From positions 20,524,001 to 20,588,000 of the forward strand of contig NC_087250.1 in the NCBI RefSeq assembly GCF_037042905.1: DNA of 64,000 nt, read 5' to 3'. A program made the translations under genes and the position numbers. This DNA comes from Lytechinus pictus (lineage: Eukaryota). This document shows positions 47,801 to 58,992 of the stretch, piece by piece. The notes below the pieces were generated by a model. It worked only from the letters and a program-made list of their open reading frames with translations, was not told where the DNA came from and searched no databases. Positions within the stretch are counted from its first letter, which is position 1. Every line of letters starts with the position of its first letter.

Positions 47801-50800
47801 TCCCCTACAATGAGTAACTTGATTCAAATGCAGCAAATTCAATTGGTAATAACAAGGGTCAAGAGAATAATAAAAAGGAATACGAATGGGTTCTAGGTTT
47901 TATGTTATGTTCTACATGTATGTGAAAAATTAATACAATCACAGGACGAAATATAATTCTAGTAAACAATTTTTTTTAGATTCAGAATGTGTATAAGAAA
48001 AATAAATCAATCAACATTTGAACCCATTCAATCAGTGGTGTGGATCCACACGGGGCTGCATGTTTTTAAAATCGCCCATTGAACGTAGATATTGGTAATT
48101 ATTTATTAGCTCAGTCTGAGAAAATTGTTATCTTCGCCCCCCCCCCTTTATTCAAAATTTGTTATTGTGACCCCTCCGTATCAAAAGTCTGGATCTTCTG
48201 TATTCAATTCACTATTCTGTAATTCACAATGGGCTCCTACAGTGACTTGCCGGTTTTAGGAAGCAGCAGGGAATTTGAGCTTCTCCTTCGCTCCCCTACC
48301 TTTTCATATCCCCATTTCAGTAGCTTATAACAGAAGGTTGCCTTCGCTTTACAGGTTGTAATGCGAGGTTTGCCGCCCGTAGCTCACTATACATGCATCA
48401 AAAGAGACACCAGCAAGCCAAACCAATGAGGGAGAAACATCTCTTTAGCCTCCCCCCCCCCACTTTGTCATATCCCCATTTCAGTAGTTTATAACAGAAG
48501 GTTGCCTTCTCTTTACAGGTTGTAATGCGAGGTTTGCCGCCCGTAGCTCACTATACATGCATCAAAAGAGACACCAGCAAGCCAAACCAATGAGGGAGAA
48601 GCTTCTCTTCAGCTGCCCCCTGGATGGTTGTGACATGAGCTTTGCGAGCAAGCTTGGACTAAAGAATCACATAGTCAAGGGACACGGTGTCCCTCTACCG
48701 TTTACAGGTAAGCAGAGCTGCCAAGTAGTACGATTTTTCCGTATTTAGTACGTTTTTGCAACCAAAATACGGCAGTACGTTTTTTCTTTAAAAAATACAT
48801 TTTTTTTTACAAAATCGAAATTTATTGAGAAAAATCATCTCTATATGTCTCTATTTCATAAAACGTACACAAATATGGTTATTAGATCAATGTAATTTCA
48901 GGTAAATTGTTTTTTTTTTCAATCATTTTGTAAAAACCAGGGTGAGATATACACAAGTTTCAATGTTTTTTTTTTTTTCATCTGCAAGAGCAGTGCACAT
49001 TTTAGCTTGCATGCAGCTTGAGCGCCGTGATGGGCGTGTGCGCCAAGCATTTTATTACGAAATACACTTTTTTGGGGAAAAATACAAAATATTTATCTCA
49101 CACGGTAAAAATAATGATTTTTTTGTCAAAATACTGATTTTGAGGGATAAGAATACTGAAAATGCAAAATACAACTTGGCAGCTCTGGGTAAGGGAATAA
49201 AAGTTTGTGGTGACAAACTAGACAATGTTGAAACAAATAATAGTTCTTCATGTTTTACTAGAATGTTCTAAAATTGGATAATTCATGATATCCCGAGAAA
49301 AAACCAAAATTGCGACCCCCGGGTATGCAGTTCCGAAATTAAGCAATATTGTTAAGTGCATGCAGACCCAAAAGACGCGAATTCATGTACAAATCCAATA
49401 CAAATAGTGCTTTTAGCTAAAATTTAGAAATGTGTCATTATTTTTTCCTTTTACTGATTAAAATTGATTGATTTCATCTTGTTTATCGTCTAAATAAAGT
49501 CCCTGACAATTTCCATTGACAATACAATAAAAAACAAAAAGTCGAAAAACAAAGAAATGCATACAACTTTATAATACAATAAAATACATAAGAAAATAAA
49601 TGTGATATTGAAATTAAAAAAAAGTACATTTGGTCAGATTCCTATAAAGAGTCTGCGAACCAAAAAATAGCATTTTTTTGTTGGGGGGGGGGGCATTATT
49701 TAGTTAATTAGAGCAAACTTTTGATCTATGCATTAATTAGTATAATTAATTAGCAATGAGATATTTTGCAGAATTCGATCGTATAGTTTTGTAGTCATGT
49801 GTTATCAGGGGTGTGAGAGTTCAGATTTTTATCTGATTTCAGATTTTTTTTTTTTTTTTTCAGCTTAATTTCAGCTTATTTTTGGCCTTCCTCTGTACAA
49901 AAAGTATGGGAGCTCTGTCTATTTCAGACTGTTTCAACACTTCAGCTTTTTTCAGATCTTTTTATTTGTGACCACTCACACCCCTGTGTTACGCGCATGC
50001 CAATTTTCGTTGTGATCGCAAGATCAACGGCCGAGATGGAATAGCCCACTCTATTTAGGGTTAAGTTTTAGCAGTGTTTAGTGTTGGTGTATTAGACGTT
50101 ACAGTGACATACAGGTTTCAAAGTGACAGGTAAAGTACATTAGTAGACTATCCATGAATCGGATGTTCGCCAAAGATTGATTGATCGTTGCATGTTTTCT
50201 GTTTGTTCAGGAGGTGCAGGTGATTTTGAGCTGATAGGATTAGGCAACGATCAACTCCATGCTTCTACAACACCAACCAACTCTACAGGTAGGCAAATAG
50301 TCAAGATTTCTCTTTTTAATAATCATTTAAAAATAATAAGGGATTCGTATTGCACACATATCCATCTCCTTATGTGCTCAAGGCGCTCCTATATTACTTT
50401 GGTTAAGCTAGTCTACCTATCCCGGTGCACGCATCTTTTTAGGAGTTACTTCCTGCCGGTACCCATTTACCTCACCTGGGTTGAGTGCAGCACGTTGAGG
50501 GTAAAGTTCTTGCTGAAGGAAAACGTGTCATGGCTGGGAATCGAACCCACGTCGATTCCCTCAGATTGAAAGATGATAGTCTAAGCAACTAGACCTTGAC
50601 GCCCCCAAATGGGGAGCAAACATTGTGATCTCTCATTCACTGTGTGTTATGAATAGCTAGTCAAAATATACCTTTTGGGTCCATTACATTTGCTCTCGCA
50701 ACTATTGCTCCAGTGAAACATCTGCACGTTCAACAAAACATAAAATCTATCCTCCGGACCTGATTAAACCCTAATCCTTATCATCGCATTATTCTGAACC

Positions 50801-53800
50801 GTAAACTATTAACAATCCTAAGTCTAACCTTATGCCCTCTGAGAAATCAAGACCGGAGCAAATGTCGCAGGAACATGTGTTGTGCCACCACGTTTTGAGA
50901 TAGATATCAATAATATATAGAATGAGTTAGCCTACAATTTTACTTCTGAAGAGGAACTTAATTTGAGAGGATAAGTACCTAAGGATAAGTACTTACGTAT
51001 ACATGTAAGTACTTAAGTTTACCCACTTGGTTACTTAATTATTGCAGTTTAAAATGTGTTGGGTTTTGAGTTAGTGTGTTAACATTCGTGTGGGCCTAAA
51101 TTACAAGACTACACTGCTCAGAATGTTGCATTATGGGTTAGCCACCTGGCCAGATTTGGGTAGTTGAGGACTCGAGATGTCGGCTGGTTTGTATCTGCTT
51201 TAGTATGTTTTCTTTGGTCTTCATGTTATCACAAAATTGACGAACACTTACAAGACATTGAAATAAGTACAACAGAATCAAATATTTCAAAAAGCACGAG
51301 AGAGAAAAGAAAAGAAAAAAAAAACTGTATAAAATAAAATCAAACTATGCAGATACGATAATATAGTTACATAGGTTAAGAGCCAAAGCATGATTGTGTT
51401 TAGGAAGTAATGGGGGTATCCTTGGCACAGCACCAAAAACCAAAAGAATTGATCAAAAGAACGACCGAGTGGCATATTCAAATGTAACGTTTACAATTGA
51501 ATCCATGTACGTAGCAGGAGTACATAAATAATATAATTTGTTAATCTGACGTTCCTCTGAAGTATGAGTTGACGTTCTTGTTCATTGCACTTGACTGTCA
51601 GATGTGAAGTTTTAATGCTTTCTGTTGATCTGCATGTATCTATTTAGCGGCTGCAGCTACCACAGAGAGCACGGAGACGGCCATAGCCTCTATGTCGCTT
51701 CCTACCATCCCAACATCGCTCATGAACACATCTCTTCTACAGTCAGCGATGATCCCTCCTTCATCAGCCAGTATACCGGTAAGATAGTGGTGGTGATGAT
51801 GATGATGATGATTGTGATAGTGGTGATTTTAATAGGGGGATGGTGATGATTATATGATGATGATGATTATGGTGATGGTTGTGCTGTTAACGATGATTAT
51901 GAATAATGATTTGTGATGTTTATTATGATGATAATGATGGTGGTCAGGTGGTGAAGATGATGATGATGATGGTGATGATGGTGGTGATGGTGGTGACAAC
52001 GATGGGGATGATGATGGTGGTGGTGACGACTACGTTGATGAACACAGCAATGATTATGGTGATGACCATTGATGGTGATGATAGCGGTGAAAACAATCAT
52101 GACTATTGTAGTGGTAATGATGTTGACGATAAGAACATTTGTGATTGTGGGGTCGGCAATGATGCTGATAGCAAAGGCACATGCTTTCTCTCGTTTTTGC
52201 TTGTGAAACTTAAGTTGATGGTGTACTCAATTGCAATACTGTTCGCTCTGATGCAGTAAAACAATCAGAACTTGTTTCAGGTGATTCTGCGAAATTATTT
52301 CATGGTTGTAGGTGTTTCTGCGAAATTATTTAATGGTTGATCATCGTGCATAATTTTATTTTAACAAATTTAACGTTTGGTATTTATTTCAGTTGAGTTC
52401 ACTGACAAGTAGCCGAGACGAAGCAGCTTCCATCCTAGCTTCAGGTCTCCTCAACAACCAAGTTTTCTTGCCCAAGAACACCGCCCTCAACCTCTCCACA
52501 CCCTCTTCCGCCAACGCTAACAAAGACACTGAAATAGATAGCATCCCAGCCTCCTCCGCTCCATTCCTTCTTTCATCCTTCCCTGTGCTTACCGCCCAGT
52601 CAGGGGTGCACTTATTACCCTCTTCGATGACCACGCCCGTCCACTCACTCATCCCGACGACTCTATCCTCCCAACCGTCTCCTATCATTCTTACATCATC
52701 GTCACTGACGTCGGCAACATCTCAGGCAAAGTCGGTTGCGGTGTCTGCTCCGCCTACCACCACCACAACCACCACCACGACGCCCAAGGTTTATCTTGAG
52801 AACCGGAGCGGGTCTGCTAGGACAGACTATCGAGCAGTCACTGCCAAACACCCCTTACCGGCGGATGCATTTGAACGATTGAAGAAAACAGGTAGGTTCC
52901 CTGAACACATATTGTTCATATTCACTCCAACTTGAACCAACCATCAGGGCCCCTTAACACAAAAGTTAGCGATTAATCGCCAAGTGAAATGGCCTATCAA
53001 AATAAATTCCATTCAATCTGATGATGGTTCTCTACAAGCTATTTTCATCCCATCAACATGATATGGATTTATAATTTCACATTAGTTACCATAATCTTTG
53101 TATCTCTATGTATAGCTGAAGATCTTGAAGCAGAGTTGCTATCCCAGAGTGATTCCAGTCAATCTAGCGACGGTTCTGTACAAGCTACTTTCATCCCTCT
53201 CAACATGATGACCAGTGCATCCCTAACTCTCCGGGACCCTACGACTGGTACAAGATACATACAAACACAACTCCTTCAGGTAAGATTGCTATAGTAGACC
53301 AGGGACCTGTAACACAAAGCTTAGCAATGATCGTAGAACATTTTTCTACGATTGATTGCATTGACTACAATGTACAATCAATCGTGAAAATCAAGCGTAC
53401 GATCAATTGTTAACCTTTGTGTTACGGGACCCAGGGGGTGTTTCACATAGATTCATGTGTGCTTAGATGCATTCATTGTATTTTATTCATGGATACACGA
53501 TAGTGCTTGTTCCGTGTGCAGGTCCAACCAATGATTATATACTGCATGCAACTAGAATTTAAGTACGACTCTGCACTTAAAATCTTTGTTACGCATCCTC
53601 CATTTTGTATTGGAGCGTTGTGGCTAGTGGATTGTTCTAACATTGAAACAGAGGGTCCTTTGTTCAAATCCCAGCCATGGCGTAATTGCCTTCATAGGAA
53701 ATTTAGTTACATTGTGCTGCTCTCAACCCAGGTGAGGTAAATGGGTACCTGGTAGGAATTTATTCCCTGTTGAAATGGTTGTGCTCTGTAACATGTCTCA

Positions 53801-54828
53801 GGGCTAAACCTGGATGATATCCAAATTCTTTAGAATCGCATAAACAAGGCTTCACACTAGCTGTTTTCTTGGTGGCCCGATCATTCCACCAAAATCCTAA
53901 ATTTCATATTTTGGTGGCCTGCAGAGCAAATTTGGTGGCCCTAAAATAATAGATATTACAATTTATCGAAAATTTGGGAGCCCAACCAGGCCACCAAATG
54001 TAGGCTTCTACAGAATTTTGGTGGCCCGACTCTTATTTTTGGTTGTACTAGGCCACCGGGCCACTGGAATTGTCGAGCCCTAGCATAGAGACGTTAAACA
54101 AAATGTGCATCATGATTATTTTAATTATTATTAGTCCTGAGTTGAACCGAGCGGTTCACGGGTGCCTGACTGAGGCTGCTAGTTCCATGAATTGATGGAA
54201 TTAAAATATACATAATAAATTAACAGTTTCAGAGGCTTTGAAAACTAATTAAAATTCATAAAAAGATTGATAGGATATTTGATTTCATAACCAAGTTATG
54301 GAAATAAGATCATTTTGCAGGAATTTATTGCACTGTAACGGTTCTATAGTATTGCATACTAGGCCAACACACATTCTCATTGCTGTATTTGCTTTGGAGG
54401 GTTATGTGGAATAAATTTTAAGAGCAATTTTTAAATTGTCTAATGTATCGATTTTTGTGATTAAATTGTGAGATTCCGTTTAACTGGGGTGTTGTGAGCA
54501 TATGAACATTCACCCTGTTTTTGTTAAGATTGGAGGAATAAAAAATATATATTCACCTTTTTGCATGTTTAAAATAATTCATTTTTCATCTCCATTTCCT
54601 CCCCAGGATGACCCCCCGGACATGCCTGACATGGGTTTCCCGCTCTCGTCACATGACTCGGCCGACCAATCGTCTCTCGACGCTGCCCTCTCGGTGTCGG
54701 ACATGCTCGTAGAGGGCGCTAGTGATCCCACCTCCGACACGGACTTCATAACGAGCGACGGCGTTATACCAGGGGTAATGGTCTCTGGTTTTAGGGAGAG
54801 CACTATTAATTTACAAGATTTAGAATGA
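35845..54828 (+). CDS. ZXDC: ZXD-family (ZXDC-like) C2H2 zinc-finger protein, 13 exons, about 1200 aa, 10 fingers
   Basis: Exons 35845-37345, 40495-40559, 43201-43308, 44863-44952, 45755-45933, 46120-46315, 46961-47141, 48519-48707, 50211-50288, 51648-51778, 52393-52891, 53116-53279, 54607-54828; 3603 nt, in frame. Ten Cx4C fingers including YDKACRLKLHMRSHTGERPF, FTRLEHLK and RFAARSSLYMH. C-terminal QLLQDDP and TINLQDLE* resemble vertebrate ZXDC. Confidence 0.88.
37980..40371. mobile_element. About 2.4-kb probable DNA transposon relic with repeated CATCACGGACGGAC motif
   Basis: Roughly a dozen motif copies, forward near the left end and inverted near the right end; internal direct duplications of 190-200 nt. 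Confidence 0.55.
40857..41038. mobile_element. About 180-bp MITE with 6-bp TSD CTTTAT, nested in a CWG MITE
   Basis: TIR CAGGGGTGTGAG / CTCACACCCCTG; near-identical copy at 49806-49986; diverged copy at 4189-4348. Confidence 0.85.
41248..42363 (-). mobile_element. 5'-truncated L1/Tx1-type non-LTR retrotransposon (ORF2 C-terminus) in ZXD intron 2
   Basis: Stop-free 288-codon frame 42321-41455 with the zf-RVT-like CCHC motif CFKCKTIENYYHLFYDCHYSRLFW; poly-A tail (poly-T at about 41248-41300); 14-bp direct repeat ATTATATATATTTA at 41234-41247 and 42364-42377. Confidence 0.85.
43322..43698. mobile_element. Copy of the GGTAAATTGCCAATT element
   Basis: Ends GACAAATTGGCAATTTACC; same internal repeat structure as 19369-19777. 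Confidence 0.7.
44461..44808 (+). repeat. Tandem duplication, 2 x about 173 nt, of a SINE-tail-like sequence
   Basis: Units start at 44461 and 44634 (GTGTGATTTTCC...GGAATGCTCCCCAGGGAGTG...). Confidence 0.85.
47162..47747. mobile_element. TTAA-TSD MITE (Kolobok-like)
   Basis: TIR AGGGGAATCCA / TGGATTCCCCT; TTAA on both sides. Confidence 0.85.
48304..48620 (+). repeat. Tandem duplication of ZXD acceptor plus exon 8 start (period 164)
   Basis: 48355-48436 is identical to 48519-48600; the preceding about 50 intronic nt have 2 mismatches. Confidence 0.9.
48713..49187. mobile_element. Non-autonomous DNA transposon, 14-bp TIR, 6-bp TSD GGTAAG (hAT-like CAG termini)
   Basis: CAGAGCTGCCAAGT / ACTTGGCAGCTCTG; GGTAAG at 48707-48712 and 49188-49193. 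Confidence 0.85.
49806..49986. mobile_element. Second copy of the CAGGGGTGTGAG MITE
   Basis: Near-identical to 40857-41038; flanks TGTTAT/TGTTAC. Confidence 0.85.
50330..50606 (-). mobile_element. tRNA-derived SINE copy
   Basis: Shares CCTCACCTGGGTTGAGTGCAGCAC...GGCTGGGAATCGAACCC with 207-285. Confidence 0.75.
51785..52130 (+). repeat. Degenerate (GAT/GGT)n microsatellite
   Basis: Directly visible, immediately after the ZXD exon 10 donor. Confidence 0.9.
53612..53770 (+). mobile_element. tRNA-derived SINE copy (5' half)
   Basis: Degenerate A/B boxes plus the same CCCAGGTGAGGTAAATGGGTACC core. Confidence 0.65.
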
Positions 54829-55859
54829 AGCGGTATTTAGTCACTGTCAGTTGGGCATCAAGCGGAAATTTGACAACAATTGGATGTGAATCGCACATGG
54901 TCAAACCATTTTAGATCAAGATTTACGACTAGCATACGTTATGGGATGCCACTGGAAAATGCCTAATGGTAAAGCTATCATCTCACTTTTCCTGCTCGCC
55001 TGACATTTGCCCAAGGCAAATGAGGCTTGGTCAAAGATTTCTCGCTGGGACAACAAGCTTGCGTTCCCCAAAAGATGTCTCTGTTACAGTGAATCCAATA
55101 CTTGTCGCAAAGTCTGGTGTCGGCAAATAATATATTCTTCATAAAAGCTGACTCCCTGCTGTTTTTATATAACAAATCATGTCGAATCTCTGACTAATAT
55201 TTTGCAATTGTATTGGTATTATTCCAATGCAACGTAGGTCTAATTTAACTAGCCCCACCCCCAAAATCCAAAATCAAGAACAAGTCGCCTGGTAAGATTC
55301 TCTGTAAGTAGCCTGAATAGTATTCTGTTGTTCGAAAAGTCAAAATTTGAAAATAGCTTGCCTGAAAAGAGTAATTCGTCTTATTCATGCAGTAAAAATT
55401 AGAAGTTGTGAAGTTAAATAAAAACGAGATACAGGATTTTCTTTGCCACCATTATTTGTGAACTTATGGGAAGTTTCACCGAGAATTGCACAGTGTGCAC
55501 ATCTCATGCTTGATTGGACCCCGAACTTCAAACCTTGATTGCTCCTTATTTGAAGCTCTCAATTAATTTCCTCTTCATTCAATCTAGTACTTGAGTGGGT
55601 TATTGATGATCTATTTGGAGAAATGTTTGCATCATTTCAAAGCTTAGTATATTCCGTTCCAAGCTCAATGAAAATCTTCAAATTTCAGCTCGGGCAACTT
55701 TTTGGTTTTGTGGCGGTAGGTCAAAAATGTATATCTTTATTTTGTTGGTCGAACGGTGTGGAGGAAACTTCATCTATGACTGCTAAGCACCGGTTTGGCA
55801 TCGGAAGAAAATTTGTTCGATTTGGTTATCAAGACAAAAATCGTAAATATCGTGATATA

Positions 55860-56025
55860 TGAATAACCACTTGGTCTGTAAGACCGAAAGATGTGCAATT
55901 ATTAGAACAGTAGATGGGAAGGTGAGCTTCATTTTGAATCCCTGGAAATAAGTGCCCAGATTAGGACTTGAACCCACACCCGTCTGATTAAGAGACTGGA
56001 GTTAGAACCACTCCACCGTGATGAC
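55860..56025 (-). mobile_element. Second tRNA-related SINE-like element
   Basis: Minus strand GTCATCACGGTGGAGTGGTTCTAA...GGTTCAAGTCC (pol III A/B boxes); the acceptor stem does not pair, so not a tRNA gene. Confidence 0.5.
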
Positions 56026-56467
56026 TGCAAATGACAAAATAAGATGAAAGATGACGAAAAATGCAATGAACTTTGATGGAGTTTGTCTGCAATTTTTGAC
56101 AGAAATCTATAGAGTAATTTGTAATGCATGTCTGAATAAGCCTGTAATGGGAGGTTTATATTGTGTTTACTTGTTTCATTTCTTTTCATCTTGTATCTTC
56201 TTATTCTTTTGTCCCTTTTCTTTCTATTCTTCATTCTCTCATTTCTAACTCTTTGTCTTTTCTCTTGATTTTTGCCTGTAATAGGAAGTTTATACTACCA
56301 ATTTTTTCTATCTTTTCATCTTTCATCCTTTTTCTTGTTTCTTTGTTATTTTCCTTCTATTCTCCTTCGTTCTCACCTTCCTAACTTCTTTCTCTCGTTC
56401 TTTCTTTCTCCCTTTATTACTGTTCTTTATTCCCATCCTCCTTCTGTAATCCCTTCATTCTCCTTTC

Positions 56468-56803
56468 CAGTGTTGTAGCTAGACCGTTTTTAGTGCAGGG
56501 CAAATTGTAAACGGCAAAGGGGGTGAAGCACTAACCCTCCACAGCCGGGGGTCCAGGGTTTCAGTACTATTAGTGACTTAAAATCATCAAAATTAGCTGT
56601 CAATCTTGTAATGAACTGAAGAACATAATGCTTGACAATCCTGTATGATTAAATGACCCGATTGAGCTCATTTTTGCACATTTCTTGAGCAATTGAGGAA
56701 TTTGTGCTAGGCGGCAATTTTTTTTTCTTACCACGAGTGCTTTGCGCCAATTTAGATCACTGGGCCGAACCGCCAGGCACCGCCCAGCTTGGCTACAACA
56801 CTG
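56468..56803. mobile_element. Short TIR element
   Basis: CAGTGTTGTAGC / GCTACAACACTG termini. Confidence 0.55.
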
Positions 56804-57066
56804 CTTCTTAAATAAGTTTGTTCCATCTTGCCACTATGATTACATGTATGTTATTTATTTTGTTTAAAAAAAATAAAAATTGTTGCTCTATGTCTGCTTG
56901 TAATTGCACCAGCGGCACCCATTATTGTATTATGCAATAGTACAAGTGTAATATCAAACAATATTAAATAATTCTATTCATTAAATCGCTCTTTTGAATT
57001 TCATTTTTTTTTCTCAGACCCTGGGTCTCGTAGTAGAAAGTGTTGTTTGTAATCAAACAACTCCAG

Positions 57067-57221
57067 GGCCCCGCAACACAAAGGTTAGCGATTAATCGCA
57101 AATTTGAAAGAACAATTCTGATTGGTTCCTGGTCAGTTTACTGAGCAAATGCGCATGCAACGATGATCTTGATAGGCCCGTTCATTTAGCGATTAATCAT
57201 TAACTTTGGTGTTACCTGGCC
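57067..57221. mobile_element. Harbinger-like MITE, family F, CAG TSD
   Basis: CAG|GGCCCCGCAACACAAAGGTTAGCGATT ... GTGTTACCTGGCC|CAG; relatives at 53303-53431, about 40585-40696 and about 19930-20063. Confidence 0.7.
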
Positions 57222-58107
57222 CAGAAATTGAATGCAACTTGATAATTTTACATGAATTAGGGCATCTTTCACAAACACAAGTATTGTAACTTTGCCTTTA
57301 TTGTAACTTCCATGGAATCCTTGATTGTGATTGGCCGACGAGCCCTGTAACCATGGTAGTTGCCTTAATCGCAAAGTTGCAATAGATGTAACTCTTAATG
57401 AAATGGGCCCATGAAATGTGTATGAGGAGTTGCTTTTAAATATTACTCTTCTCTTTTTTATGCAAAGGGGTCCTTATTAATTTACTGATACAAATAATGT
57501 TGTTTACAATAATTGATTTTTATGCAGAGGTATAATGAGAGAACCAGTGTGAAAGTGATATGGAAAGTGTTGGTCTTGTGTTGTATACACAGTGTACCGT
57601 ATTCTGAAGCCGGGTTTAAATTAAACACTGGTTTAAAGTTGTGGTTTAACTATGAAGAGCCAATTGGGGCACAAATAGTGCACATTCAATTTATTAACTC
57701 ATATGACACTCAAATATTTCATAATTGTCTAGGAATGATAACTGAACTATTTTTAAGTATTTTTGTTGATTATGAAAGCAAAAAGAAAGAACATAGTAAA
57801 CATAAGAAATGTGCAATACAAACAGAATTTAAATTTTTGGCTTCCCATAATTCTAAGTTAAACCTGACTTCAGAATACGGGCCAGTGTATTTTATGATCA
57901 GTGCCCTTGTTTCATATAGACTTGTTATGCTTATAAAATATGCACATTAGCCAGAACAAGTTTACTATCAGCCAATCAGATCAAATCATTTCAGTAGCTT
58001 TTAACCATTATTGCGAACATGTTATAACAAAGAAACGCGACCCCCTGACTTTTTAGCTCAAATGACTTTTATCTACACGTGGTCAAATTCGTTGTAGACC
58101 AGCTCAG

Positions 58108-58266
58108 GGGGCCATTTCATAAAGCTGTTCGTAAGTTAAGAACGACTGGTGATCCTATCTTACGCGCTAAACTATTGCCAATGAATGTACCATTTACCAC
58201 AAGAAAGGATCACCAGTCATTCTTATACTCACTCTTAACTTACGAATAGCTTTATGAAACACCCAC
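58108..58266. mobile_element. Harbinger-like MITE, family E, CAG TSD
   Basis: CAG|GGGGCCATTTCATAAAGCTGTTCG ... GCTTTATGAAACACCCAC|CAG; interrupted copy at 40700-41055; relative at 13535-13689. Confidence 0.8.
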
Positions 58267-58992
58267 CAGGAGCCACTGAACATTTTTGAAGGTTGGAGAC
58301 GGGCCCTGACCAAGTAAAAAAAAAAAAAAAAAATCACCATCAGCTTGTAATTTTTATGTTTTTATGCATATTTATTGAAAAAAGATTGGGGCTTTTCCTC
58401 CTCACGCTCGGAGTTGTCAATGAAATGGTTTATTAGAGACATCTCGGAACAATTTTCAAAGGTGGTAAAAACACCTCAATCAGGCGGTAATTTGTATGTT
58501 TGTGTACATTTTTATTGAAAAACGATTGGGACCCCCCCCCCAAATATCGAGACATCTCAGGAGATGCAGAGCGATTTTCAAAGGTGATGACAAGGCCCGT
58601 AGCAAGTAAAAAAAAAATCATAAGGAAATTTTTACGTTTTTGTATACATTTTTTGAAAAAGGAAGCCCCCTCCCCCCTCGGTTGAACAACCCCTGTATCT
58701 GCTTGCAAACAATTTTGATGCAAACCAATTCAGTCTCGCGAATTACAAACGAAGAAAAGGAAAAATGCCAAAAACTGATGCATAGTAAATTAATTTTATT
58801 TTATCTTAACTTAACGTACACATACCACCAGAATATGTCTTGATTTTTCTTCCTTTTTAAGGATTTCCCGGTCATCTTCATAAAATCATCATTTGAATAC
58901 AAAACTTTATTGTTCAATATCACGCAAAAGTGATTTACAATGCTGTTCAAAGTAGAGTGACCAAGTAGTATTGATTTTCATTTATCAGTAAC

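Noticed and set aside
52280..52340. 31-nt tandem duplication with AG|GT sites upstream of ZXD exon 11 as an extra exon
   Set aside because: No similarity to the exon, early stop, no clear donor; treated as background duplication.
55952..56025. tRNA gene (also about 265-336)
   Set aside because: A/B boxes present but no paired acceptor stem, and the sequence continues into a repeat body, so SINE heads.
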